64,000 nucleotides of DNA from Candidatus Heimdallarchaeota archaeon (GTDB lineage Archaea > Asgardarchaeota > Heimdallarchaeia > Hodarchaeales > Hodarchaeaceae). The stretch lies in contig CP070695.1 in NCBI GenBank assembly GCA_020353515.1, forward strand, positions 2,247,155-2,311,154, read 5' to 3'. The notes beneath the pieces were generated by a model. That model did no database searches, was not told the DNA's origin, and worked only from the letters and a program-made list of their open reading frames with translations. Positions 19,924 to 29,064 of this stretch are shown here, one piece after another (position 1 is the first letter of the stretch; each line of letters starts with the position of its first letter). The position numbers were made by a program, and so were the translations under genes.

Positions 19924-21486
19924 ATGACCGTAGATAATTTAGAAAATTTATCCAAATTAGAATTAATTGGCATGGTCAAGAAATTACAAATGTCGGATAA
20001 TCGTTTTCAGTCATTAGTAGAGCATACTTCAGACGCTCTCTTCTGTTATGAATATAATCCTCCCATTTCAATTGATCTCCCAATTGAGATCCAGGTTGAG
20101 ATGTTTTACAATGGAGTTCTCGTTGAATGTAACGATATTGCAGCAAAAACATATGGATATTCCCAGGCGTCTGAAGTACTTGGAAAAAGCCTTACTGAAT
20201 TATTCAAGGCTGTTCCAGGAAGTTTGGATGATTTTTTCAGGTCTTTTATTGAAAGAGGATATCGAACAATTAATGCTGAGGCTTCTGAGACTTTGGAGGA
20301 TGGATCTAAGCGTTATTTTCTTAATAACGGCCATGCAGTAATTGCTAATAGACACGTTGAGCGGGTTTGGGGAGCCTATCATGAAATCACAGAAATTAAA
20401 GAGGTAGAGGAAAAATTACGGGAAAGTGAACAGAAATTTAGGTTGTTCATTGAAGCATTACCCCAGCCTGTATGGATCTATCAGGATTATCAGTGTCAGT
20501 ATGCTAATCCTGCTGCTGAACGAACAACAGGTTATTCAATTGAAGAACTTGCTTTCATGAAATTTTGGGATTTCCTCCACTCTGATTATAAAACCCTGGC
20601 TATGGAGGGGGCTAAGAATTTAGAGAAGAGTGGATCCCCGTCTTTGACAAGTTCTTTAGTTAAAATTATTACAAAATCTGGGGATGAGAGATGGTTAGAC
20701 GCGAGGTTAGAACTGACTGAATACGAAGGGAGACGAGCGGTTCTAGTCAGCGCAATGGACATTACTGAACGTAGAGAGGCAGAGAAAGTCAGACGAGAAC
20801 TTGAACATCGCCGTGATAATTTCATTTGGATGGCCAGTCATGAATTACGGACACCTTTAACCGTGATCATCGGCTATATTGACTTTCTCGAGGACCATTT
20901 AGGTCGTATTGAACCTGATCGGCAAGAGAAGATTTTTGAGGCAATTCGCAACAGTCTCACTCGACTTGAACGCTTAACAGATGATGTTTCCATCATTGCT
21001 CAACTCCAGCGTGGAGTGTTTACAACCAAGCTTTCCGACTTTGAGTTCTGTACATTTTTCTCTGAGATTACAGGAACTTATTATAATCTCTTGGGTGAAC
21101 AATTTGAATTTTTTGGCTGTCAAACGGAAGATCCCATACTCATTAAAGGAGATAAGGATCGTCTTCAGCAAGTGTTTGACAATCTTATCAATAATGCGGT
21201 TAATCACACCCACCCTAAGCAACGATTGATTAAATTCAAGTTAGAGGTTCTTCCTGTCACTCTCCGGATAGAAATTGTTGATAACGGAGCTGGGATAGCC
21301 CCTGAGAATCTTGACAAGATCTTTGACCAATTTGTGTCTTTTGAAACAGAATTTTCTGCTTCTGGGACAGGTATAGGCTTATTTATATCACATAAAATTT
21401 TAGAGGCTCATAAAGGGTCAATAATGGCCCAAAGTGAGGGCCTTGGTAAGGGTTCTACTTTTATAATTACACTACCACGATTTTGA
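19924..21486 (+). CDS. PAS/PAC sensor histidine kinase
   Basis: Two PAS domains; H-box SHELRTPL, N-box NLINNA, DNGAGI, IFDQF, GTGIGL. Confidence 0.95.
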   Translation: MTVDNLENLSKLELIGMVKKLQMSDNRFQSLVEHTSDALFCYEYNPPISIDLPIEIQVEMFYNGVLVECNDIAAKTYGYSQASEVLGKSLTELFKAVPGSLDDFFRSFIERGYRTINAEASETLEDGSKRYFLNNGHAVIANRHVERVWGAYHEITEIKEVEEKLRESEQKFRLFIEALPQPVWIYQDYQCQYANPAAERTTGYSIEELAFMKFWDFLHSDYKTLAMEGAKNLEKSGSPSLTSSLVKIITKSGDERWLDARLELTEYEGRRAVLVSAMDITERREAEKVRRELEHRRDNFIWMASHELRTPLTVIIGYIDFLEDHLGRIEPDRQEKIFEAIRNSLTRLERLTDDVSIIAQLQRGVFTTKLSDFEFCTFFSEITGTYYNLLGEQFEFFGCQTEDPILIKGDKDRLQQVFDNLINNAVNHTHPKQRLIKFKLEVLPVTLRIEIVDNGAGIAPENLDKIFDQFVSFETEFSASGTGIGLFISHKILEAHKGSIMAQSEGLGKGSTFIITLPRF

Positions 21487-21542
21487 CCTCTTGAGTAATC
21501 TAGCAGATAAGATAGTTTGTCTCAGTAGATTTATAATTTTCT

Positions 21543-21680
21543 ACTTGCCATTTTATGGCTAGAACATTAAGTAAGGGAGGAGATATGGCCTTTAATGTGA
21601 ATAATTGCTTTGGATGTGGTCTTTGTGTCACCAGATGTCCCGAAGATGCCATAGCAATGATTAAACGTGCTTTAGCCTGA
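21543..21680 (+). pseudogene. C-terminal remnant of a 2x[4Fe-4S] protein (possibly an expressed mini-ORF from 21555 or 21585)
   Basis: TCHFMARTLSKGGDMAFNVNNCFGCGLCVTRCPEDAIAMIKRALA*: one full CxxCxxCxxxCP plus the last Cys of a lost first motif; in-frame stop shortly upstream. Confidence 0.65.
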
Positions 21681-21697
21681 ATTCGGTTCTACATTGA

Positions 21698-21838
21698 ATT
21701 CTCTCAATCCCCACAGATACTACTATAACGACTGGTGAACCTGGTACCCCGCGTATTACCTCCTCTCCTAGTTTCCTTACTCTTTCATTATTCCTAGGTA
21801 GTCTTGTAGTGTTCATTCGGAGGTTCAAGAAAACATAA
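21698..21838 (+). pseudogene. C-terminal remnant of a surface protein (Thr-rich linker, TM anchor, basic tail)
   Basis: ILSIPTDTTITTGEPGTPRITSSPSFLTLSLFLGSLVVFIRRFKKT*; no ATG/GTG/TTG start before the TM segment, stop immediately upstream. Confidence 0.55.
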
Positions 21839-21960
21839 TAAGTAATAAAAAGCAAACATCCCACTTCATTCATTTTTTTTGGACTTAAAAAGGAAATCTG
21901 GTTTCTAACTTTGTCATGTGATTCTTCACCATCAATGCATAGAGAGTTGTATGGTCAATA

Positions 21961-22869
21961 ATGATGGAAGAGACTGGCCAGTTAGTTTCTAGCTTTGTCA
22001 GGAGTTTAGAAACTCATCCTAATGGAAAAGCAATTATAGGGATTGTTGAAACAATCTTAGCTGACGATACAGGGGCCATTGACTCTGCCTACATTAAAGC
22101 CCTCAAGGAATTGAGTAATAATAATATGGCTTTACTTGTCGATTTCTGGATTTTACGTGGAATGATCCTGAAAGAAGAGGGTCAAGACCCTGAGGCGGTC
22201 CAATTATTTTTTGAGGCAACCCAATGGCTTCCTGATGATGTAAGTATCTGGCTACGGATCGCAGATATTTTTAAGGCAAAAAATGAACTTCTTAAAGCAT
22301 CTTTTTTCCTTACTGAGGCTCAATCACGTTTAAAATCCCATGAATCCATTACAGATGAGTTGAGCTCGCTGTTACGCCAAATAGAGAAGCGTCTTTCTCT
22401 TCCCCCAGGAATTCCACCTCAGACGAATGAAGAAGCTGAACTTCAGGATAAGTCAAACACGATGAAACAACCTGAAGTGGATGAAGCAACTCCTCTTTCA
22501 ACTGTCTCTATTCCCTCAGTTCGACCAAAAAGCTGCTTTAAGATCCCTCCTGAAGCTGAAAATGTCTGGAACCTTGCATTAGAATGTTTTGAAGAGGGTA
22601 CTAAAGGAGATAATCTAATCTATCTTAATGCCTTTATTCATTACGCTCATTCGACGGTGAGAGAGGTTTTAGGTTTAGATGGGAACTTTAAAGCAGGATT
22701 AGACGCTAAAGTGGCTCAGTATGGACTGTTTAATTTCCAACGTTTTTTTAATAACCTTAATTCTCTCAGGAATGCTGTTGTTCATGATAACTACCTTCTC
22801 TCTAAAGAAGAGGCTCAAGATATCCATACTCACGTTACTGAGTTTCTAGCTTTTATGCAAAAGCAATAG
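21961..22869 (+). CDS. TPR-repeat protein with C-terminal HEPN-like domain
   Basis: TPR pair (WILRGMILKEEG..EAVQLF.EA..LPDD..IWLRIADIF), P/E/S-rich linker, LNSLRNAVVHD..SKEEA (R-X4-H). Confidence 0.75.
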   Translation: MMEETGQLVSSFVRSLETHPNGKAIIGIVETILADDTGAIDSAYIKALKELSNNNMALLVDFWILRGMILKEEGQDPEAVQLFFEATQWLPDDVSIWLRIADIFKAKNELLKASFFLTEAQSRLKSHESITDELSSLLRQIEKRLSLPPGIPPQTNEEAELQDKSNTMKQPEVDEATPLSTVSIPSVRPKSCFKIPPEAENVWNLALECFEEGTKGDNLIYLNAFIHYAHSTVREVLGLDGNFKAGLDAKVAQYGLFNFQRFFNNLNSLRNAVVHDNYLLSKEEAQDIHTHVTEFLAFMQKQ

Positions 22870-22889
22870 GATTCGATAATTGAGACTTT

Positions 22890-23768
22890 TTAATTGTTGG
22901 AGGTTGTGGTCTGTATCTCTAAATCGTTGACATAGTGGTTGATGCCTGGGGCAACCGTTTTGATGGTTCTTGTGTTACTAGTTTTAATCGTGAGATGAGG
23001 AAACGATTCTTCAATCACAGTTTGAATTTGGGGCCGCCAATCGGTTGGTTTCCGTGAGCTTGATAATCCATGAGCATGTATGATCCCTCCTCGTTCTTGA
23101 CGCAAACTCGCTAGTGCAATCTTAAACTGAACATTATCAATGGTAAAATATCCCATGAGTACTCGATTTGCCCAATCCTTTGGCGTGAGTTTCCTGTTAT
23201 CTCCAAGTACTGCTTGGTATTGTTCCTTCACCTGATTTTCTTGGATATTCTTCTCAAGGAACATGAAAGCGTCAGGGTTGATCTCTATTCCTATGATCTT
23301 TACTGTTGGGTTGTGGACTGCTATTGGCAATGATAAGTTTCCTACACAGGCAAACATATCGATAATTTGCTCAGGTTCCTGGCAGTTTTTAATCATTCGT
23401 TGTCGTTCTGCATGATTTCCATTGGAAAATGTCAGATTCAGGGCATCAATCCAGAATTTGCACCCTAGTTCTTTATGAAGTGTGACAGTATTGGGTTCTC
23501 CTGCTAAAACTTCATTATCTGGTTGACGTGTTGTGGTAGTTGTTATTCCTACCTTGTGGGCAACTGTTTTCAGTTCTGGTAGGAATTCTAAATATTTCTC
23601 ACCAATTTCCCTCTTCCATGGTAGTAGTTCTGGGTTGAGATTTAATATCCCAACTTTCCCTACCCGTTTCCAGCGTTTTGGGAGTAATGAAATAAGATGT
23701 GCTGGTAGAATTTTTTGGTCTTGAATTGTTTGCTTGATTTGTTGGAATGGAGTTCGTTTGGAAGTCAA
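22890..23768 (-). CDS. taw2: Taw2/Trm5-family SAM-dependent tRNA-modifying enzyme
   Basis: [47 protein letters not shown]. Confidence 0.8.
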   Translation of the reverse strand: MTSKRTPFQQIKQTIQDQKILPAHLISLLPKRWKRVGKVGILNLNPELLPWKREIGEKYLEFLPELKTVAHKVGITTTTTRQPDNEVLAGEPNTVTLHKELGCKFWIDALNLTFSNGNHAERQRMIKNCQEPEQIIDMFACVGNLSLPIAVHNPTVKIIGIEINPDAFMFLEKNIQENQVKEQYQAVLGDNRKLTPKDWANRVLMGYFTIDNVQFKIALASLRQERGGIIHAHGLSSSRKPTDWRPQIQTVIEESFPHLTIKTSNTRTIKTVAPGINHYVNDLEIQTTTSNN

Positions 23769-23914
23769 TATTTTCTAAAACCTAGATCATCTGCAATCTC
23801 TCGTATGCATCGTCTGCAGATGTACAGTCCATATTTTCGTATTATTGCTCTATGTGTCCCACATCTTCGACACGTTCGTGTTCCCTTCCCAAATTTTTTC
23901 TTTGTTTCTGACAT
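23765..23914 (-). CDS. rps14: 30S ribosomal protein S14 (uS14, Zn-finger); not in ORF track; alternative start 23923
   Basis: [49 protein letters not shown]. Confidence 0.97.
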   Translation of the reverse strand: MSETKKKFGKGTRTCRRCGTHRAIIRKYGLYICRRCIREIADDLGFRKY

Positions 23915-23925
23915 CTTGTGCATAT

Positions 23926-24528
23926 TTATACGACTCCGAGATTGAACTCATGTTTGAAAAACGCAATTCCTTCCTCTTTAGTGATTCTATGTCTAGAGGG
24001 GATTTTCATTTTTCGTGATCTTCGGCGATTTGTCCGATATCCTGCCCGTTCTAAGACTACTGTGGTGTCAAATCCATGAACCCCGATTTTGGGATCATAT
24101 TTGATATTTGGTAATTTTAGGTGGTCATCTATTCCTAGGGATAGATTTCCATGTCTGTCAAAATTCTTTTGTGAGACTTGATCCTCAACCGCCCAAAACG
24201 CTTTTTTCAGAAATTCATCCGCGAGGTCCCCTCTTAGCGTTGTGAACACTGCTATAGGTTCGTGTTTTCTAATTCCAAATCCTCTAACTGATTCTTTTGC
24301 TCTTCCGTCGGCTGGAGCTTGATTTGTAAGAATCTCACAGAGTTCTCTCGCTTGTTCTAGTTTTGGGCCAGATGAACCCACTGCAAAGTTCACACACACT
24401 TTTAAAATTCGTGGTTTTCGCATTGGGTGTACTTTCCATTCTGCCACGTATGCTTTTTCTTCCTCTGTAAGTGGGACAGGTTCCCTTTCTTCTTCTAGTG
24501 TTGGGGGGGTCCTTTTCCTAAAGCTCAT
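23926..24528 (-). CDS. rpl5: 50S ribosomal protein L5 (uL5); start set at MSFRKR, overlapping the S4e end
   Basis: [37 protein letters not shown]. Confidence 0.96.
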   Translation of the reverse strand: MSFRKRTPPTLEEEREPVPLTEEEKAYVAEWKVHPMRKPRILKVCVNFAVGSSGPKLEQARELCEILTNQAPADGRAKESVRGFGIRKHEPIAVFTTLRGDLADEFLKKAFWAVEDQVSQKNFDRHGNLSLGIDDHLKLPNIKYDPKIGVHGFDTTVVLERAGYRTNRRRSRKMKIPSRHRITKEEGIAFFKHEFNLGVV

Positions 24529-25294
24529 CTTCCTCGGTTCCTGTTTCTTGTGGGATTTCAATGACTGGTTCTTCGCGACCGATAACAAATAGGTGGTGAT
24601 CTGTCGTCTTAATTTCCCCCTTCTCTGTCTCTAATGTAACAGTACGCGTTTTTCGTCCGCTTTGAGATTCAATTTCTCGGATTTTTCCGATAATTCCTAC
24701 GTTATGTCCCCCCATAATTAACGCGGTGTTCCCTTCAGTAAAGGGGTAATGATCTTCGATTGTTTTGTCTTCCAGATTAAACATCACACTGTCTTTGACT
24801 GCAATTTCTGAGATAGGAAATTGATATTCCTCTTCAGGATTTAGTAAGAAGTTTCTACCATCGTGAAAAGTCAGTTGAATTAGGCTTTTTTTCACCATCT
24901 GTTTTTTCTGGATGCGTTGTATCTTCAGGTGTGTGTCCTCTTTTGGAATGGGATGAAGTTTAAATCGACGTTTTCCACGGTACGGGGTTAACCGAAAGTA
25001 TTCATCTGTTTTTGGGATTTCTAGTATATCCATGGGGCCTAAACTAGATTTATAGTTGGTTTGAACTTTTCCATCAACTTTGATCATTTGTCGACTGAGT
25101 ATTTTTTTGACTTCAGAAAGGGTTTTTGCGTATCCTAACATTTCTCTAATTACAATTCCTAGCGGGATCGAAGACTCCATTGAACTTCGTGTCGGGTAAG
25201 GTTTAATTGTAAAGGTACCATGTTTCCTAGGTATGGGATAAGCGATTGGGGCGCTTAATCGTTTTCTATGTCGCGGACTTCCTTTCTTACCCAT
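24518..25294 (-). CDS. rps4e: 30S ribosomal protein S4e
   Basis: MGKKG..H.KRL.AP, IKVDGKV, HDGRN, GGHNVG. Confidence 0.97.
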   Translation of the reverse strand: MGKKGSPRHRKRLSAPIAYPIPRKHGTFTIKPYPTRSSMESSIPLGIVIREMLGYAKTLSEVKKILSRQMIKVDGKVQTNYKSSLGPMDILEIPKTDEYFRLTPYRGKRRFKLHPIPKEDTHLKIQRIQKKQMVKKSLIQLTFHDGRNFLLNPEEEYQFPISEIAVKDSVMFNLEDKTIEDHYPFTEGNTALIMGGHNVGIIGKIREIESQSGRKTRTVTLETEKGEIKTTDHHLFVIGREEPVIEIPQETGTEEDEL

Positions 25295-25308
25295 TATTTT
25301 CTACTCCA

Positions 25309-25755
25309 TTATTCTTCTTCAAGGGCCTCTGCTTCTGCTTCACTGATATCGTCTTCATCAATTTCAAGTTCCATTTTTGCCCGTCGTTCAAGAATCTTCT
25401 TTCGTGATTTGTCTACTTTGCCAAAACGACGAATAACCACCTTAGAGGTATCAATTTTGTACATTATTTTTGATTTATCTGCTTTTTCACGGGCAATCCC
25501 ATCAATCCCCAATCGTCGTTTTTTTGTATCAACCTCAAGAACTTTCCCTTCTGTTCCTATAAAATCGCCTGCAGTGATATACACCACATCACCTGGGCGT
25601 ACAGGCATCCTCTTCACCTTGTATTTTTCTCGTAAATCTTTGGAAAGTCGTGCAGATATCATTTTTGATCGCTGAAAAGAATGTGCTGTGAATAATCGTC
25701 GTCTTTGTTTTGATGGATCACGAGTTTTTTGTTTGGTACCCATTTCATTGTTCAC
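25309..25755 (-). CDS. rpl24: 50S ribosomal protein L24 (uL24)
   Basis: PSKQRR.LF.A, LSKDLREKY, PVRPGD.V. Confidence 0.96.
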   Translation of the reverse strand: MNNEMGTKQKTRDPSKQRRRLFTAHSFQRSKMISARLSKDLREKYKVKRMPVRPGDVVYITAGDFIGTEGKVLEVDTKKRRLGIDGIAREKADKSKIMYKIDTSKVVIRRFGKVDKSRKKILERRAKMELEIDEDDISEAEAEALEEE

Positions 25756-25761
25756 CTTCTT

Positions 25762-26178
25762 TCAAGAAATTACTCGTGCTGTACTCGCAATTCGTGGCCA
25801 TGCGTCGGCTGCTTCTTTTGATACGGCTCCCCTAATTTCGCTTCCTCGTGGTTCTCCTTGTTCGTTTGTTACTACCACTGCATTATCTTCAAAATAGACC
25901 CAACTTCCATCTGATCGTTTATAGGGTTTTTTCTGTCTGATTACTACTGCGTGTACTATTTGTCTTCGTAGTTTGGGTGTTCCTTTTTTTACAGAGCACA
26001 CAATCATATCCCCAACTCTTGCTGCAGGTTGTCGTCTTAATCGTGTATTGTGTCCTTTCACACTAATTACTTGTATCATTCTTGCTCCAGAGTTATCAGC
26101 TACCCTAACAATAGCTCCAGTGGGCAAAGCACGAGTTATGCGCCTCGTCACAAGCCTTAACGATCTTCTTTTCTTCAT
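25762..26178 (-). CDS. rpl14: 50S ribosomal protein L14 (uL14)
   Basis: ADNSGAR, AVVIRQ, FEDNAVV, WPRIAS. Confidence 0.98.
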   Translation of the reverse strand: MKKRRSLRLVTRRITRALPTGAIVRVADNSGARMIQVISVKGHNTRLRRQPAARVGDMIVCSVKKGTPKLRRQIVHAVVIRQKKPYKRSDGSWVYFEDNAVVVTNEQGEPRGSEIRGAVSKEAADAWPRIASTARVIS

Positions 26179-26182
26179 TTCT

Positions 26183-26527
26183 TTATTCTCCTTTCCCTAA
26201 ATTTTCAATTACAACGAAAGATACGGTTTTTGATAGTGGACGACATTCTCCAATTCGTATTCGGTCTCCAACCTTAGCTTCGATACAAGGAGGATTATGA
26301 GCATGCATTCGTATGGTTGAGCGCCCATATCGCTTGTATTTTCTTATTAATTCCAGATCTGGTCTTTGAACAGTTACTGTTTTATCCATTCTGTCTGAAA
26401 TTACTTCCGTTTCGATAATTCGTCCACGAACGGATAATGTTCCATGGAAGGGACAGTTTTGATCATCACATGTCCTCTTAGGTGTTGGAGCAATTCCGAT
26501 ATGTCGTGAATACTTTTTCTTCACCAT
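26183..26527 (-). CDS. rps17: 30S ribosomal protein S17 (uS17)
   Basis: CPFHGTLSVRG, AHNPPC, ECRPLSKT. Confidence 0.98.
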   Translation of the reverse strand: MVKKKYSRHIGIAPTPKRTCDDQNCPFHGTLSVRGRIIETEVISDRMDKTVTVQRPDLELIRKYKRYGRSTIRMHAHNPPCIEAKVGDRIRIGECRPLSKTVSFVVIENLGKGE

Positions 26528-26826
26528 TTTCGTTTCCTCATACGTTTGATGCGATCTTCATGTCGTCCTTTCATTTGGTTACCATTTATTTCGTATGATT
26601 GGTTATTAATTGTGATTCGTAATTTTGATTGATCCTTTGGGATCCTTTTTAGCCCTGTTGTCGTCATTACTTCCCAGGTATTTTTTGTTTCGTTTCTAAT
26701 TTGTCCAGAAAACACTTTCCCTGAGTATTCAATCTCACATTGTCTGTTTATCAATCTAATCCTTAATAAGTTTCTCTCTAATGATATCTCATGGCGATTT
26801 TGGGACATCTTGTTCTTCCTTATCAA
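26521..26826 (-). CDS. rnp1: Ribonuclease P protein component 1 (Rpp29/Pop4)
   Basis: G.I.NETKNT..., IPK, G...GR.EDRIK; conserved position between L29 and S17. Confidence 0.88.
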   Translation of the reverse strand: MIRKNKMSQNRHEISLERNLLRIRLINRQCEIEYSGKVFSGQIRNETKNTWEVMTTTGLKRIPKDQSKLRITINNQSYEINGNQMKGRHEDRIKRMRKRKW

Positions 26827-27010
26827 TTGTGAGGATTCGTGCTACTGTTCGTCTTAATTCACGAACTCGGCCAGCAGATTCAACTGATCCTGTTCGAGCT
26901 TTGCCTCTCAGTGTCAGTAACTCTGTTTTTAATTCTTGTAACTTCTTTTCTCGTTCTGAAGACGTCATATTTCGAATTTCTGCTTTACGTAATATAACCA
27001 TTTTTATCAC
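26789..27010 (-). CDS. rpl29: 50S ribosomal protein L29 (uL29)
   Basis: EIRNM...KL.ELK.EL, RELRRTVARILT. Confidence 0.96.
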   Translation of the reverse strand: MIKMVILRKAEIRNMTSSEREKKLQELKTELLTLRGKARTGSVESAGRVRELRRTVARILTIDKEEQDVPKSP

Positions 27011-27804
27011 TTATCTTCATCAAAATCTTCAGATTTCAGGAGTTCTTCGTCCTCTTCTGGTTTTTCTTCTTCAACTTCAGTCTCAGTTTCCGCTTCAGGT
27101 ATAGGTTCTTCTTTAACTTCCGTTTCAGGTAAAGGTTCTTCTACTTCAGGAAGTATTTCTTCTTCTTCCTCTTCTTCGATTACTTCCTCCTCCTCTGGTT
27201 TACCGAATACATTAGGAATGAGTACGGCGTCATCAGGAAGCACTGCGTCAGGTTGCATTATCTTAACATGAACTCCAATTACCCCCTGTTTTAGGGTAAC
27301 TTCCATTACTGTATCTTCTACATATTTCTTAGAAGGTTCCCCACATTTAGCCACGAATCCTTCTCTGAATACTTCTGATCGTGCACGTTGGGAGGTTAGT
27401 TTTCCTTTTATTGTAATTTCGCAGCCCCGTGCCTCTGCAGACATGATACGGCGAACCAGGGCGTATCCAGCTCTACGAAAATGAAACCCCTTTTGGATCT
27501 GTGAGATCAGTCGTCCTGCCATTACTCGTGAGTTTAACCTCGGATTTTCAAGATCTTTGATCTCTAGTTGAGGAGTTTCTAATCCGTAGAGGTGTTCGAG
27601 CATTTCAGTAATTTTCCTCACGTTTCGTCCACGTCTTCCGATTACCATTCCTAGACGTACGGCATGGATTACTACACGATGCCCCATTGGTGTTTTATGA
27701 ATTTCTACCTTTCCTTGTCCCGCTAGCTGTAATTCTTCATTGAGGAATTCACTTACTTGGACGTATTGTAAGTTTCTATTTAGTAATTCCTTTCTTGCTG
27801 CCAT
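27007..27804 (-). CDS. rps3: 30S ribosomal protein S3 (uS3) with long acidic C-terminal tail
   Basis: KH motif GMVIGRRG, FRRA, ARGCEITIKGKL, GVIGVHVKIM. Confidence 0.98.
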   Translation of the reverse strand: MAARKELLNRNLQYVQVSEFLNEELQLAGQGKVEIHKTPMGHRVVIHAVRLGMVIGRRGRNVRKITEMLEHLYGLETPQLEIKDLENPRLNSRVMAGRLISQIQKGFHFRRAGYALVRRIMSAEARGCEITIKGKLTSQRARSEVFREGFVAKCGEPSKKYVEDTVMEVTLKQGVIGVHVKIMQPDAVLPDDAVLIPNVFGKPEEEEVIEEEEEEEILPEVEEPLPETEVKEEPIPEAETETEVEEEKPEEDEELLKSEDFDEDK

Positions 27805-27808
27805 TCCC

Positions 27809-28285
27809 TCATTCCTCCGTTACTACTACTTCGATGTGTGTTAGTGTTTGATTACTCGGTGATGATCGTCCATGGGCTCGTGGCATGATTCCTCGAATTT
27901 TCCGTCCTCTTTGTGCTGCAATATGCGTAATTCGTAACCGACTGACTTCTAATCCTTTAAACGAGGAGTTCTGTTCTACATTTTCGAGAACTCGTAAAAT
28001 TTCCCTTGCTGCCTTTTGTGGATAGCGTCCTGCTGGCCATTTTTGTAAATCACGACGGTGGGGAATTTTCTTCCGATAGCGTTTGAAAGGTACACTTCTT
28101 TCTCCAGTTATTACTTGTTCAAGATATTCCTGGGCTGTTTCCAAGTATTTCCCTTTTAATTCGTGACAGATCTCTCGAGCATGTTTTGGCGAAATTCGCA
28201 TATTCCGTCCTGTTGCAATCGCGGTGCGGTCTGCATCTAACCCAAAGACGGAGATCTTGTAATTTGGCACTTTATATTCAACCAT
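27809..28285 (-). CDS. rpl22: 50S ribosomal protein L22 (uL22)
   Basis: ISPKHAREIC, GRYPQKAA, PRAHGR, HIEVV. Confidence 0.98.
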   Translation of the reverse strand: MVEYKVPNYKISVFGLDADRTAIATGRNMRISPKHAREICHELKGKYLETAQEYLEQVITGERSVPFKRYRKKIPHRRDLQKWPAGRYPQKAAREILRVLENVEQNSSFKGLEVSRLRITHIAAQRGRKIRGIMPRAHGRSSPSNQTLTHIEVVVTEE

Positions 28286-28653
28286 TTCAAAGATTGAGGA
28301 ATGATCCTGAATCCTATTTTGTTTTTCTTTTTTTTGACCTTTACACGTAGTATTGGCTTATTTCAAACATTTAAGGTTACGATTTTTTCGTTATAAAAAT
28401 CATCTCCTTCCACCGATTCATATACGCATTTCAAATCCTTTGAATTATTTCTATTGCATACTTGTTTTTTAATCGTTCCAGCTAATTTTGGCCTAGGAGC
28501 TCATTATAATCTTCTTTTAAGGTGATGTACATGTTAGTTTCAATCCAATTTTTTTTGGCACTTATTTGATTGTTTTTCCCCCTCTGAATGTCCACCCTGC
28601 CTTTTTTTAACTACTCTTTTTTTCCCTGTATTTGAAAGTAAAGGTGATAATCT

Positions 28654-29049
28654 TTGTCTTCCCGTCGTGGTTTTCGTTATCGTGGATTTACTCTTGATGA
28701 ACTTCGTCAAAAATCTATGGATGAGTTTATTTCCCTTCTCCCTGCCCGTCAGCGTCGTTCACTGACCCGTGGGATGAGTACCCAACACATCAAACTAATG
28801 GAACGTATTCTTGCTAGCAAAGAATCAAAACGACCTGTACGCACACACTGCCGCGATTTTATCATCCTCCCTGAGCTTATTGGTGCTGTCGTTCAGGTAT
28901 ATAATGGCAAGGAGTTTCTTCGTGTGAATCTCCTCCCAGAAATGCTTGGACATTATTTAGGGGAGTTTGCCCCCACCTGTAAACAGGTTAAACACTCTGC
29001 TCCTGGTATTGGAGCTACAAGAGGATCACAATTTGTCCCCTTGAAGTAA
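28654..29049 (+). CDS. rps19: 30S ribosomal protein S19 (uS19), divergent from L22
   Basis: FRYRG.TLDEL, LPARQRRSL.RG, RTHCRD, GHYLGEF, PGIGATRGS.FVPLK; AAGGTGA RBS + TTG. Confidence 0.98.
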   Translation: MSSRRGFRYRGFTLDELRQKSMDEFISLLPARQRRSLTRGMSTQHIKLMERILASKESKRPVRTHCRDFIILPELIGAVVQVYNGKEFLRVNLLPEMLGHYLGEFAPTCKQVKHSAPGIGATRGSQFVPLK

Positions 29050-29064
29050 AAATTCTGGGAATCG

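Noticed and set aside
13553-21680. Selenocysteine/pyrrolysine read-through explaining the truncated genes
   Set aside because: Stops do not fall at Cys/Lys-equivalent positions and homology does not resume after them
21661-21873. 70-aa minus-strand ORF
   Set aside because: The plus-strand frame gives a recognisable linker-TM-basic tail, so this ORF is its shadow
24529-24588. Tracked longer N-terminus of L5
   Set aside because: Lies wholly within rps4e; ATG at 24528 gives a normal short overlap
28286-28653. Replication origin in the AT-rich divergent spacer
   Set aside because: No ORB-like repeats or cdc6/orc1 neighbour; better explained as a bidirectional promoter
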